Source: a bacterium
GTDB taxonomy: Bacteria; RBG-13-61-14; DATKZS01
DNA: 64,000 nucleotides
Direction: 5' to 3'
NCBI GenBank assembly: GCA_963674965.2
Contig: CAXXFL010000007.1
Span: forward strand, 384,001-448,000
Made by a program: the position numbers and the translations under genes. The notes under the pieces are model-generated. The model saw nothing but the letters and a program-made list of their open reading frames with translations. It ran no database searches and had not been told where the DNA came from. Below, piece after piece: positions 10,384 to 18,815 of this stretch. Position 1 is the first letter of the stretch. Each line of letters begins with the position of its first letter.

Positions 10384-11727
10384 TTATTTTTGCGCCCGGG
10401 CTTTTTTCCTTAGTTTTCGCATGATCATGAATTCCTTGACCACTCTTGGAAAGTTGACGTGGTTTTCGGTGGGCGCGATCTTGTGGCCCGAGATGATCTT
10501 GCCCGCCCGCCACAGGTTGTGCCCGGCGTAGCCCCGCATGACGTCGGTCAGCGCCATGTCCACCTCCACGGGTCCGAGAAGCCGCTGGAGCACCAGTCCC
10601 ACGTCCAGGGGCCGGGGCATGCAGCCGGGAACGAACGTTCCCCTGTTCTTGTAGGGCTCGGCGCAGTCGCCCAGCACGATGGTGATCTCGGGGTCCAGGT
10701 CGTCGGGCACGTGCCCGATGGGTTTTCCCACGATGAGGTTCATGGGCTGAAGGTTATCGGCCCCGTAGCGGTCAACGTAGGCGTCGACGGCCCCCTGCAC
10801 CAGCCCGGCGCAGCCCCAGGGGCAGCAGAACTCGGCCCCCTCGAATACGCGCAGCCTGGGACTGAGGTCCTTTAAGGAAACCACGGGCCGCTTGAAGGGC
10901 CGGGCCCGGCCGAGCAACTCGGCCCCGTCGATATCGATGCCCTCCATCTCGCCCGGGCCGTACCCGGCCTCGATGAGCAGCTTAAGGTGCTCGACCTCGT
11001 GGGGCTCGTAGCCGGTAAGGTGGCAGGCCACGCGGTCCACGGCCACGGCGTTGGTCCCGCCCAGAATCAGTCCCAGGTCGACGGGGTCGGCCATGAGCGG
11101 TCCCTGTCCCTCTCCCGCCACCACGCAGTCGGAGATTACCAGGTCCGGCGGCCTGACCTTGTAAAGGTCGGCCAGCTTCTTGTGCAGGTTGTGGTTGTGA
11201 TGGAGGAGCCGGTCTCGCTGGCGGAGCATGCCCAGGTTGTTCTTGACGCTGAGGGTGACCTCGGCGAACATGTTGGTCTTTATCTTGGGCAGGCTGACGT
11301 AAAGGTCGGCGTCAAGCCACAGCCTCGGCACGGGGAACCTGGCCTGGATGAACGGGTCCTTGACCTCGACCTCGACGGTCTCGCGCTCGTCGAGGAAAAC
11401 CGGCTCGGCCAGTCCCTTGAGCATGCCCATGATGCCCACCGAGTAAAAGGACACCCGGCTGGGCCCGATCACGCTCGACTCGCACATGAGCACGCGCCTG
11501 GCCCCCAGCTCGCGCAGGGCCATGCACACGCCCACGGCGAAGCGGGGCTGGGTGATGATGCCCCTCACGATCTCGCTCCGGGATGGATAGACGAAGCTGG
11601 GCTTGACCAGCACCGTCTTGCCGCCCGGGTCGACGCCCGAGGCCTTGAAAATCTCCAAGGCGGTCGAGGCGATCTCCTTCTCGTCGTAGTCCTTTTGGTC
11701 CCTTAGAAAAACCCTGGGCTTATCCAT
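10384..11727 (-). CDS. DUF362-family protein with C-terminal Cys motifs (probable Fe-S)
   Basis: VLVKPSFV, VSLPKIKTN..AEVTLSVKNNLG, DCVVAGEGQGP, GTNAVAVDRVAC; C-terminal CCPWGC...GDCA...PGCMP. Start set at MDKPRV (11727). Confidence 0.85.
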   Translation of the reverse strand: MDKPRVFLRDQKDYDEKEIASTALEIFKASGVDPGGKTVLVKPSFVYPSRSEIVRGIITQPRFAVGVCMALRELGARRVLMCESSVIGPSRVSFYSVGIMGMLKGLAEPVFLDERETVEVEVKDPFIQARFPVPRLWLDADLYVSLPKIKTNMFAEVTLSVKNNLGMLRQRDRLLHHNHNLHKKLADLYKVRPPDLVISDCVVAGEGQGPLMADPVDLGLILGGTNAVAVDRVACHLTGYEPHEVEHLKLLIEAGYGPGEMEGIDIDGAELLGRARPFKRPVVSLKDLSPRLRVFEGAEFCCPWGCAGLVQGAVDAYVDRYGADNLQPMNLIVGKPIGHVPDDLDPEITIVLGDCAEPYKNRGTFVPGCMPRPLDVGLVLQRLLGPVEVDMALTDVMRGYAGHNLWRAGKIISGHKIAPTENHVNFPRVVKEFMIMRKLRKKARAQK

Positions 11728-11818
11728 CCTGACCTCCACGCGCCCCTCCCGGGGGTCATGAAGCCTTAGTGGGGGCGCCTCGAACGAGCGGCGCCGGTTA
11801 TGTATTTTCGCTTGGAGG

Positions 11819-12373
11819 TCAGACCATGCCGTTATTGACGGCGTAGGCCTTGCCCTTCTCGAAGGCCTCCTTGGCCACGGCGAAGCGGTCCTCCCCCGAG
11901 TCCTTCTCCATGGCCTTGAACACCAGCTCCTCCGTGAGCACGCCGGAAATTTCACGGTAGGCCCCCAGCATGATCATGTTGGCCATCTGGGGTTTTCCCA
12001 TCTCCTGGGCCAGGTCCGTTACCGGTATCCGTAAGGTCTTGTACTCGTCGGTCTCGGTCAGCTTGGTCACTATCGAGGAGTTGACCAGCAGCCGTCCCCC
12101 CGGGTTGACCTCCTTTTTCAGGCGGTTGTAGGCCCCCGACTCCATGGCGATGGCGTTGTCCGAGCTCGAGAGGATGGGAGCCGGTATCTCCTCGTCGGAG
12201 AAGATGACCGTGGCCAGGGCCGGTCCTCCCCTCTGGGTGGCCATGTAAATGGGGAAACGGGTGACGTACTTGTATTTCTCCGAGGCCGCCGCGGCGATGG
12301 CGTAGGCGATGGTAATGACGCCCTGCCCTCCGGTGCCCCCGACAATCAACTCGTGTCTTTTTTCTTCGCTCAT
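11819..12373 (-). CDS. 2-oxoacid:ferredoxin oxidoreductase gamma subunit
   Basis: GTGGQGVI, QRGG, LVNSS, ANMIMLGA. Confidence 0.92.
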   Translation of the reverse strand: MSEEKRHELIVGGTGGQGVITIAYAIAAAASEKYKYVTRFPIYMATQRGGPALATVIFSDEEIPAPILSSSDNAIAMESGAYNRLKKEVNPGGRLLVNSSIVTKLTETDEYKTLRIPVTDLAQEMGKPQMANMIMLGAYREISGVLTEELVFKAMEKDSGEDRFAVAKEAFEKGKAYAVNNGMV

Positions 12374-12391
12374 GATCGCGTCTCCAGTCCG

Positions 12392-13153
12392 TCACGCTGG
12401 ACGGTCGGTATTTTTGAACTCGCCGAGGGGGAACTCCCCGATCAGCTTGTCGACCAGGGCCAGGCTGTCCTTGGGCTTGACGTGGTGCCCGGGCGGACAG
12501 GCCGAGAGTATCTCGACGAAGGAGTAGCCGGCGTTTTCCTTGTTCTTCAGGATGGCCGTTACCAGGGCCTTCCTGGTCTGGTTGTAACGCTTGTGAGTGT
12601 TGACCGCGCCGCGGAAGGAATAGACCACTCCCTTGACGTTGGTCATGAGCTCGGCCATGTGGATGGGAAAGCCGGCCACGTCCGTGTCCTTGCCCAGGGG
12701 CGTGGTCGGCGTGACCTGCCCGGGCAGCGACGTGGGGGCCGCCTGTCCGCCGGTGGTACCGAAGTTGGCGTTGTTGAGGAAGATGGTCATCAGCTTCTCG
12801 AAGCGGTTGGCCGCCCCCATGATCTCGCCCATGCCGATGGCCGACAGGTCCCCGTCTCCCTGCATGGTTATGACCAGCTTGTCCTTGCCGAGTGAACGCT
12901 TGACGCCGGTGGCCACCGCGGGGGCCCGGCCGTGAAGCGCCACCACTCCCTCCAGCCCCTTGATGTAGTGCATGCTCACCATCGAGCAGCCGATGCCGGT
13001 GACCAGCACCGAGTCCTGCACCACTCCCGTTTCCTCGAGGGCCTCGGCGAAGCAGCGCAGGATGGTCCCGTAATGGCAGCCGGGGCAGAAATGCGGCTGC
13101 ATCATGGCGTTGAACAGCGCCGGGTTGCCGTGTCTGACTTTTTTATCGGTCAT
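12392..13153 (-). CDS. 2-oxoacid:ferredoxin oxidoreductase beta (TPP-binding) subunit
   Basis: FCPGCHYG, GIGCS, HGRAPAVATG, GDGD...NNANFGTTGGQ, EILSACP. ATG 13153 overlaps the alpha stop (ATGA). Confidence 0.93.
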   Translation of the reverse strand: MTDKKVRHGNPALFNAMMQPHFCPGCHYGTILRCFAEALEETGVVQDSVLVTGIGCSMVSMHYIKGLEGVVALHGRAPAVATGVKRSLGKDKLVITMQGDGDLSAIGMGEIMGAANRFEKLMTIFLNNANFGTTGGQAAPTSLPGQVTPTTPLGKDTDVAGFPIHMAELMTNVKGVVYSFRGAVNTHKRYNQTRKALVTAILKNKENAGYSFVEILSACPPGHHVKPKDSLALVDKLIGEFPLGEFKNTDRPA

Positions 13154-14229
13154 ATCTCGATCCTCCTCAATTCCTCGATGATCGGCTTCGGATAGAGGAG
13201 CCCCATGCCGCCGGGCTGGTCGCGCTTGTCGATGCCCAAAAAGGAAATGGGCTTTTTGCCCTCGAGCGCCCACTCGACGTCCTGGAGCATCTGTCCCTGG
13301 TTGTCCTCGACCACCAGCACGTGTTTGACGTTGGACGCGGCCTTTTGCAGGGCCTCCTTGGGGAAGGGGTAGAGAGTGATGGGACGGAAAAGTCCCACCT
13401 TCAATCCCTCGGCCCTCGCCTTGGCGATGGCCTCGAGGGACGTGCGGGCCGTCGAGCCCCACGACGCGATCAGTATGTCCGCGTCCTGGGTCATCTTCTC
13501 CTCGTAGCGTATTTCGTTTTGCTCGATCTGGTCGGTCTTCCTCTTGATGATGGGGAAATAGGAGGCGTAATTAAAGGGCATGAAGGAGTCCAGCACCAGG
13601 CGGGCGCCCTTCTTCTCGCCCGAGGTGGCGATGGCCCAGGTCTTTTTCGGCAGTTCCTCCTCGAAGTCGATGGTCTTGACGGTCATCATCTCGGCGCTTT
13701 GTCCGACGATGGCGTCGGGCAGGACCACGCAGAGTATCCTGTACTTGTCGGCCAGGTGGAAGGCCAGCTGCACCAGGTCGTGGCATTCCTGGGGGGACGA
13801 CGGGGCGAGCACGATGCTTTTGCATCCGCCGTGTCCGGCGCTTTTGACGGCGAAGTTGTAGTCCGTCTGGGCGGTGGCGATGGACCCCGACCCCGGCCCT
13901 CCCCTTTGCACGTCGACCACCACGGCGGGAAGCTGCATGGCGTGCATGCAGGAGATGCCCTCCTGCATGAGGCTGTAGCCCGGGCTCGAGGTGGTGGTTA
14001 TTCCTCTTTTGCCGGTGGCCACGAAGCCCAGCAGCATGTTAATGGAAGATATCTCGCTTTCCACCTGGACGAAGGTCCCGCCGTGCTCGGGCAGGTTCTT
14101 GGCGAACCAGGCCGGGATTTCGTTCTGCGGGGTAATGGGATACCCGCAAAAGAACTCGCACCCCGCGGCCACGGCGCCCCATCCGATGGCGTCGTTGCCG
14201 GTGCATAACATCCTTTTTTCTTCAATCAT
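13150..14229 (-). CDS. 2-oxoacid:ferredoxin oxidoreductase alpha subunit (VorB/KorA-like)
   Basis: GNDAI, GYPITPQNEI, QVESE, TTSSPGYSLMQEGIS, QRGGPG, VVEDNQGQM. ATG 14229 follows GGAGG. Confidence 0.93.
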   Translation of the reverse strand: MIEEKRMLCTGNDAIGWGAVAAGCEFFCGYPITPQNEIPAWFAKNLPEHGGTFVQVESEISSINMLLGFVATGKRGITTTSSPGYSLMQEGISCMHAMQLPAVVVDVQRGGPGSGSIATAQTDYNFAVKSAGHGGCKSIVLAPSSPQECHDLVQLAFHLADKYRILCVVLPDAIVGQSAEMMTVKTIDFEEELPKKTWAIATSGEKKGARLVLDSFMPFNYASYFPIIKRKTDQIEQNEIRYEEKMTQDADILIASWGSTARTSLEAIAKARAEGLKVGLFRPITLYPFPKEALQKAASNVKHVLVVEDNQGQMLQDVEWALEGKKPISFLGIDKRDQPGGMGLLYPKPIIEELRRIEI

Positions 14230-14250
14230 TTTTTCCTCCAGCAACCGGCG

Positions 14251-14481
14251 TCAAGACCCGGTCTCCTCCAGCGGCTCGTAGACGGTGACGGCGAAGTCCG
14301 GACAGAGCTTCACGCAGGCCCCGCACCCGGTGCAGTCCTCCGCCTTGACCATGGCCGGGTAGTAGTAGCCGGCCTGGTTGAAGTTTGAAGAAATCTCGAG
14401 ACAATCCTTGGGGCAAGATATGACGCATATGCCGCATCCCTTGCATCTCTTGTCGTCGATGACGACCTCATATACAGCCAT
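14251..14481 (-). CDS. 2x[4Fe-4S] ferredoxin, oxidoreductase delta subunit
   Basis: CKGCGICVISCP and CTGCGACVKLCP. ATG 14481 follows AGGAGG. Confidence 0.93.
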   Translation of the reverse strand: MAVYEVVIDDKRCKGCGICVISCPKDCLEISSNFNQAGYYYPAMVKAEDCTGCGACVKLCPDFAVTVYEPLEETGS

Positions 14482-14502
14482 GAGTCCTCCTTTCAATCGA
14501 AT

Positions 14503-16269
14503 TCAAAGCCTGACGTTGCCGTTGATTATGTCCGCGTAAAGGTCCTCCTCCAGGGGCACGTACTTCTTCGCGTGCCGGTCCCAGAAGTAAACCGGGTCCT
14601 TGATCTTGCCCGGGTCGAAGCCGTCCTTTCTCAGCCCGTACTTGATGTGCTTCATGGTCACCGTGGTGGGAAGCTCCTTGCAAAGGCGGATGAAAAGGGG
14701 ACGGGCGTAATGGGGAAGACACTCGTCAACGTACTCGGACACCGCGTCGCGGTCCCACTCGCAATCGAGCACCACCGCCGCCATGCCCGCCGCGCCCTCC
14801 TGGCCGGGAATCTGGACGCCGTAGACGTTAACGTCCGACACGCCCGGGCAGGAGTCCAGGATATACTCGACCTCCTTGGTGGCCACGTTCTCCGACTTCC
14901 AGCGGAAGGTGTCGCCCGACCGGTCCACGAAGCTTATCCAGTTGTCCTCATGCAGCTTGACCACGTCGCCGGTCACGAAGAACTCGTCCCACGAGTTGAA
15001 AACGCCCTTGACCAGTTTCTTCCTCGTCTCCTCGTCGTCGATGTATCCGTCAAAGCCAAGGAGGTTGAAGATGGAGTTGATGCGGCCGATGAGCATCCCT
15101 TCCTCGCCCTGCTCGACCTTGTCGCACCTTCCCTTTTCGTTCCTCATCAGGGCCTCGTTCTCCGGGTCCCATTTAACCACGTAGGCCTGGAGGGGCAGCA
15201 GCTTCCCCAGGAAACCGGGCCTGCCCTCGACGTTCATCACGCCCACGCTGGTCTCGGTGGCCCCGTAGAACTCGAATATCTTTTCGATCTCGAACCTCTT
15301 CTGGAAGGCCGTCCATATATTCGAGCGCAGGCCCACGGTGATGATCCTTTTGATCTTGTGCTTCTTCTCCTCGGGAGACTCGGGCTGGGCCATCAGGTAC
15401 CTGGGCATCTCGCCGATAAATGTCGCGCCCGTGGCCCCGAAGCGGATGGCCTCCTTCCAGTAATCCGAGGCCGAGAACCAGCGCCGAAGGCCTATGGCCG
15501 CGCCCGTGGCCATGGACCCGCCCCATCCCACGAACATGGCGATCGAGTGGTAAAGGGGAAGAGGAACGTAGATGACGTCGTCGTTCGAGAACTTGGACAG
15601 GGCGTAACCCAGGGCGTAGCCCGAGAAGAAAACCCGGCGGTTGCTCACGCGCGCCGCCTTGGGAAGCCCCGTGGTGCCCGAGGTGTAGATGTTCATGATG
15701 TGGTCGTCGAACTTGGGCTTGACCTTGTTTTTCGGCTCCGAGGCGGCGGCGCAGGAAACGGCCTTGCCCAGGTCGCGCGCCGCGTAGTCGCCCTCCGCCT
15801 CGCCGTCCCAAATCCAGACGTCCGACTTGGCCAGGGGCACGTCGCTCATGACGGCGTCCACGTGCTCGATGAGCGAGCGGCCCGACACGATCCATTTGGG
15901 GCCGCAAATGGTAAAGGCGTGGACAAGGGTCTTCTGCCGCAGGTTGGTGTTGATAAGCGACGCGACCATGCCGATCTTGTTAAGGCCGATTATAAGGGCC
16001 AGGTACTCGGGGCAGTTCTCCATGTAGACCGCCGCCACGTCGCCCTTTTTTCCGCCCAGGGCCGTGAAGTGGTTGGCCACCTTGTTGGCCAGGACGTTGA
16101 GTTCCTTATAGGTGAGTTTCCGGTCCTCGAAGAATATGGCCGTGTTGTCCGGCGTTTTGCTCGCCCACTTCTCGATGGTCGCGTACGTCGAGCACTCCCC
16201 TTTAATCAGGTGGTAAAAGGACACCAGAAGCCGCGCCCCTACCTTTACTTCCTCCCAACTAATAAACAT
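14503..16269 (-). CDS. Long-chain acyl-CoA synthetase, FATP/FACL (FadD6-like) type
   Basis: IYTSGTTGLPKAA, PLPLYHS, FSAS.YW, FIGEMPRYL, EFYGATE, TGD, FVDRSGDTFRWKSENVAT.EVE, YGV.IPG.EG.AGMAA. Confidence 0.92.
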   Translation of the reverse strand: MFISWEEVKVGARLLVSFYHLIKGECSTYATIEKWASKTPDNTAIFFEDRKLTYKELNVLANKVANHFTALGGKKGDVAAVYMENCPEYLALIIGLNKIGMVASLINTNLRQKTLVHAFTICGPKWIVSGRSLIEHVDAVMSDVPLAKSDVWIWDGEAEGDYAARDLGKAVSCAAASEPKNKVKPKFDDHIMNIYTSGTTGLPKAARVSNRRVFFSGYALGYALSKFSNDDVIYVPLPLYHSIAMFVGWGGSMATGAAIGLRRWFSASDYWKEAIRFGATGATFIGEMPRYLMAQPESPEEKKHKIKRIITVGLRSNIWTAFQKRFEIEKIFEFYGATETSVGVMNVEGRPGFLGKLLPLQAYVVKWDPENEALMRNEKGRCDKVEQGEEGMLIGRINSIFNLLGFDGYIDDEETRKKLVKGVFNSWDEFFVTGDVVKLHEDNWISFVDRSGDTFRWKSENVATKEVEYILDSCPGVSDVNVYGVQIPGQEGAAGMAAVVLDCEWDRDAVSEYVDECLPHYARPLFIRLCKELPTTVTMKHIKYGLRKDGFDPGKIKDPVYFWDRHAKKYVPLEEDLYADIINGNVRL

Positions 16270-16353
16270 GCCGACCGTCCTTTCATCGGCGCCCCGTTGG
16301 CGCCTTCTCCCGTTCTCCGCGCCGCTTTCGCGGCGGCCCATTCGGCCCCGATG

Positions 16354-17688
16354 CTAGAGTTGTTCCTTCATATAGGGGGTCCATTTCCTTTGTTTCGCCT
16401 TTTCGGCGACCACCTCGATAAACGCGTCTATCCTGCTCATGGTCTGGGCCTCGTTGAAGCTGGAGGGATCGACCATGTCGCTCTCGAGGAGGAGGCTGGG
16501 CGCTCCCAGTTCCTCCATCAAGGTATGCTGTATCTCCATCTGGTTGACGTAAAGAGCCCGGCAGGTGGGCGTGTAGCTGAGGATGGCCCCGTCGCAGTTG
16601 TAGTCCACCACCGCCTTGACCACCGAGGCCACCATGCCGTTCATGCCCCATTTCTCCGGCTCCCGGTTGGGGTTGCCGCTGGACTGGGCGGCGCAGCCGT
16701 AGGCCGTGTCGATGACCACTACCCCGCCCTTTTGCTCGAAGTAGTTGATCAGTCCCAGGTTGTACCAGAAGGGTATGCCGCTCCAGACCAGGCGGAACTT
16801 CTCATCCTCGACGATGCCGATCTTGTTATCCATCCGCTCCTTGACCTCGGCCCGAAGCCGGGAGTAAAAGTCGTCGGCCAGGGGCGTGCCCGGCATGTAC
16901 ATCCCCGGAAACATGGCCGCGAAGGCGTCGGCCGACCCCATGGGCGTGGGAATGGCCTTCCTGTACTCGTTGATCTCCCGCCTGATTTTGCTGACCCTGC
17001 CGCTGGCCTTCTGAATCTCGGCCAGGCGCTTGGCGTCCATTTTTTTGCCGCACACGTCCTCGAGGAACTTGATATAGCCGGCGTAGTTCTGGCCGCCGAA
17101 GCCCATGGTATGGGGGGCGTCCTTCCTGCCTATCTGGATGCCGGCCGTCTCCATGTCGCCGCCCGTGATGGTGGCGCCCTTCCTGCCGATGGGAGGCATC
17201 TCGGGGGCCTCGAGAACGTAAACGGGAACCTCCAGCATTTCGCCCATCAGCTCCCACCACTTGACCCGCGTGTCGCAAACGGCCGTGGTGGTGATGAGCA
17301 TGTCGGGCCGCTTCATGCCGCCGAGGGGAGCGTCCTCGGGGAACCCCTCGAGGATGTAGCCGATGGTGATGCGGGCGTAGCCGCACATCTCGCGGGAAAG
17401 TCCCCACTCCTCGGCGCGGCTGATGAAGCGGAACGGGTTGCCCCGGGTCGCCACCACCGTGCCGTACTGCTCCGGATAATAGGCCAGAACGTCCATGGCC
17501 TGCATGGGCTGCTTGGGCACCGCCACCCCGCACCAGGCTATCTTCTGGCCCGGGTCCCCCACCTTCTCCGCCCGCTCGGCGTAATAGTCCTTGACTATCT
17601 GAGATATCTCCTGAGTGGTCTTAAGGTGCTTTTTGCCCCGCATGCGGTTGGCTTTTTTTACCTCTTCCGAGTCCTTTAATTCGCTCAT
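16354..17688 (-). CDS. 2-hydroxyacyl-CoA dehydratase family subunit (HgdA/HadB/BzdO-like)
   Basis: YPEQYG, AEEWGLSREMCGYAR, PDMLITTTAVCDTRVKWWE, TPTCR, LLESDMVD...FNEAQ..SRIDAFIE; three Fe-S Cys. Confidence 0.9.
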   Translation of the reverse strand: MSELKDSEEVKKANRMRGKKHLKTTQEISQIVKDYYAERAEKVGDPGQKIAWCGVAVPKQPMQAMDVLAYYPEQYGTVVATRGNPFRFISRAEEWGLSREMCGYARITIGYILEGFPEDAPLGGMKRPDMLITTTAVCDTRVKWWELMGEMLEVPVYVLEAPEMPPIGRKGATITGGDMETAGIQIGRKDAPHTMGFGGQNYAGYIKFLEDVCGKKMDAKRLAEIQKASGRVSKIRREINEYRKAIPTPMGSADAFAAMFPGMYMPGTPLADDFYSRLRAEVKERMDNKIGIVEDEKFRLVWSGIPFWYNLGLINYFEQKGGVVVIDTAYGCAAQSSGNPNREPEKWGMNGMVASVVKAVVDYNCDGAILSYTPTCRALYVNQMEIQHTLMEELGAPSLLLESDMVDPSSFNEAQTMSRIDAFIEVVAEKAKQRKWTPYMKEQL

Positions 17689-18815
17689 TCCCCAAGTATC
17701 TCCGTGAACGCTTTTACGCGGTTGGTTATGGCCTCGTTAATCCCCGCCGTCTGGTCGCCCTGGATGTAGAGGACCTTGTGGCCCGCCTCCCGGGTCCGCT
17801 GGTTTAAAAGGGGATACTGGAACAACTGGGCGTCGCAGCAGCGCAGGATGTAGAAGATCACCCCGTCCACGGCGTAGTCGTCTCCCAGCGACAGGATATG
17901 CTCCCTCCTGGGCGCCATGGAGCCGACGCTTCGGGGACAGGGCAGCTTGTTAAGGTATCTTTTGGCCAGGGCGTCGATGGGCTTCTCGAGGTCTTCTCCC
18001 ACCTCGTCCCAGAAATAGCGGCTGCCGGTGCACACGTCGTCGGCCACCACCCAGGCTCCCGAGTCCTCGATCGCCCCGATCAGGTCCAGGTCCTCGAGCA
18101 TGCTGGCGGTCACGAGCACGCGGGGGCGTCTTTCCAGGCTCGACTCTTTCCCCTCCATTTCCGCCAGGTAATCCCTTGCCCATCGGTTGAAGTCTTCCCT
18201 CGGGGCCAGGATCGAGGCCAGGGCGACGGTAAAGGCGTCGCGGCCGCTGATGACGGGAGGGTTCGAGGCCCGGAGCCGGTAGACGCGCTTCATGAGCCTC
18301 CTGGTCTCGTCGTATATCTTGATGGCCTCCCGCAGGGAGTCGTCGGATATCTCAGTCCCCAGGTGGTTCTCGAGCTCCTTTTTCAGGCGCTTTATCTCGC
18401 CCACCATGACCGCCTGGGCGTTCTTGTCGAACACCTTGTGGGGCACCCACACGTAATGTATGAAATCGGGCGATTCCATGCGGTAGGCCCACAGGTCGTA
18501 CATCTTGGTTATCACGTCGCAGGCGTGAGGCACGACCAGCCCGTCCAGGTAGTCGAAGACTCCCTGCAGGGCCTGCTCGAAACAGCGTCGGGAAAAGGAG
18601 CAGACGTTGGACTGGAGGTGGTTGTCCGCTTTTTCCACGTTGCCCACCCCGCCGGTTATACGGATGGTATCGTAGCCCGCCGCGTAAAGGACCTCCTCGG
18701 GCACGTAGTCGCAGAAGTAACCCGCCAGCTTGCGGCCGGTCTCCTTTTTACGCCCGGCTATCCACTCGTGACGATTGGACACGACCTCGCGAAAGGGCGC
18801 CATTTTGTCGCTCAT
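17685..18815 (-). CDS. 2-hydroxyacyl-CoA dehydratase family subunit (HgdB/HadC/BzdN-like)
   Basis: GYFCDYVPEEVLYAAG, NVCSF, HACD, VVADDVCTGSRYF, VDGVIF..LRCCD, RVKAFTE. ATGA overlaps with both neighbours. Confidence 0.9.
   Translation of the reverse strand: MSDKMAPFREVVSNRHEWIAGRKKETGRKLAGYFCDYVPEEVLYAAGYDTIRITGGVGNVEKADNHLQSNVCSFSRRCFEQALQGVFDYLDGLVVPHACDVITKMYDLWAYRMESPDFIHYVWVPHKVFDKNAQAVMVGEIKRLKKELENHLGTEISDDSLREAIKIYDETRRLMKRVYRLRASNPPVISGRDAFTVALASILAPREDFNRWARDYLAEMEGKESSLERRPRVLVTASMLEDLDLIGAIEDSGAWVVADDVCTGSRYFWDEVGEDLEKPIDALAKRYLNKLPCPRSVGSMAPRREHILSLGDDYAVDGVIFYILRCCDAQLFQYPLLNQRTREAGHKVLYIQGDQTAGINEAITNRVKAFTEILGE

Noticed and set aside
14572-17679. 1035-aa plus-strand ORF, and similar long antisense ORFs such as 18848..20818, 1624..2688 and 38453..39694
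   Set aside because: They are antisense shadows of well-supported minus-strand genes, produced by high GC3, and show no recognisable motifs.
16354-18815. Class I benzoyl-CoA reductase
   Set aside because: No ATPase subunits and no dch/had/oah ring-cleavage genes nearby, and the ligases are not benzoate-CoA type. Not fully excluded without a phylogeny.
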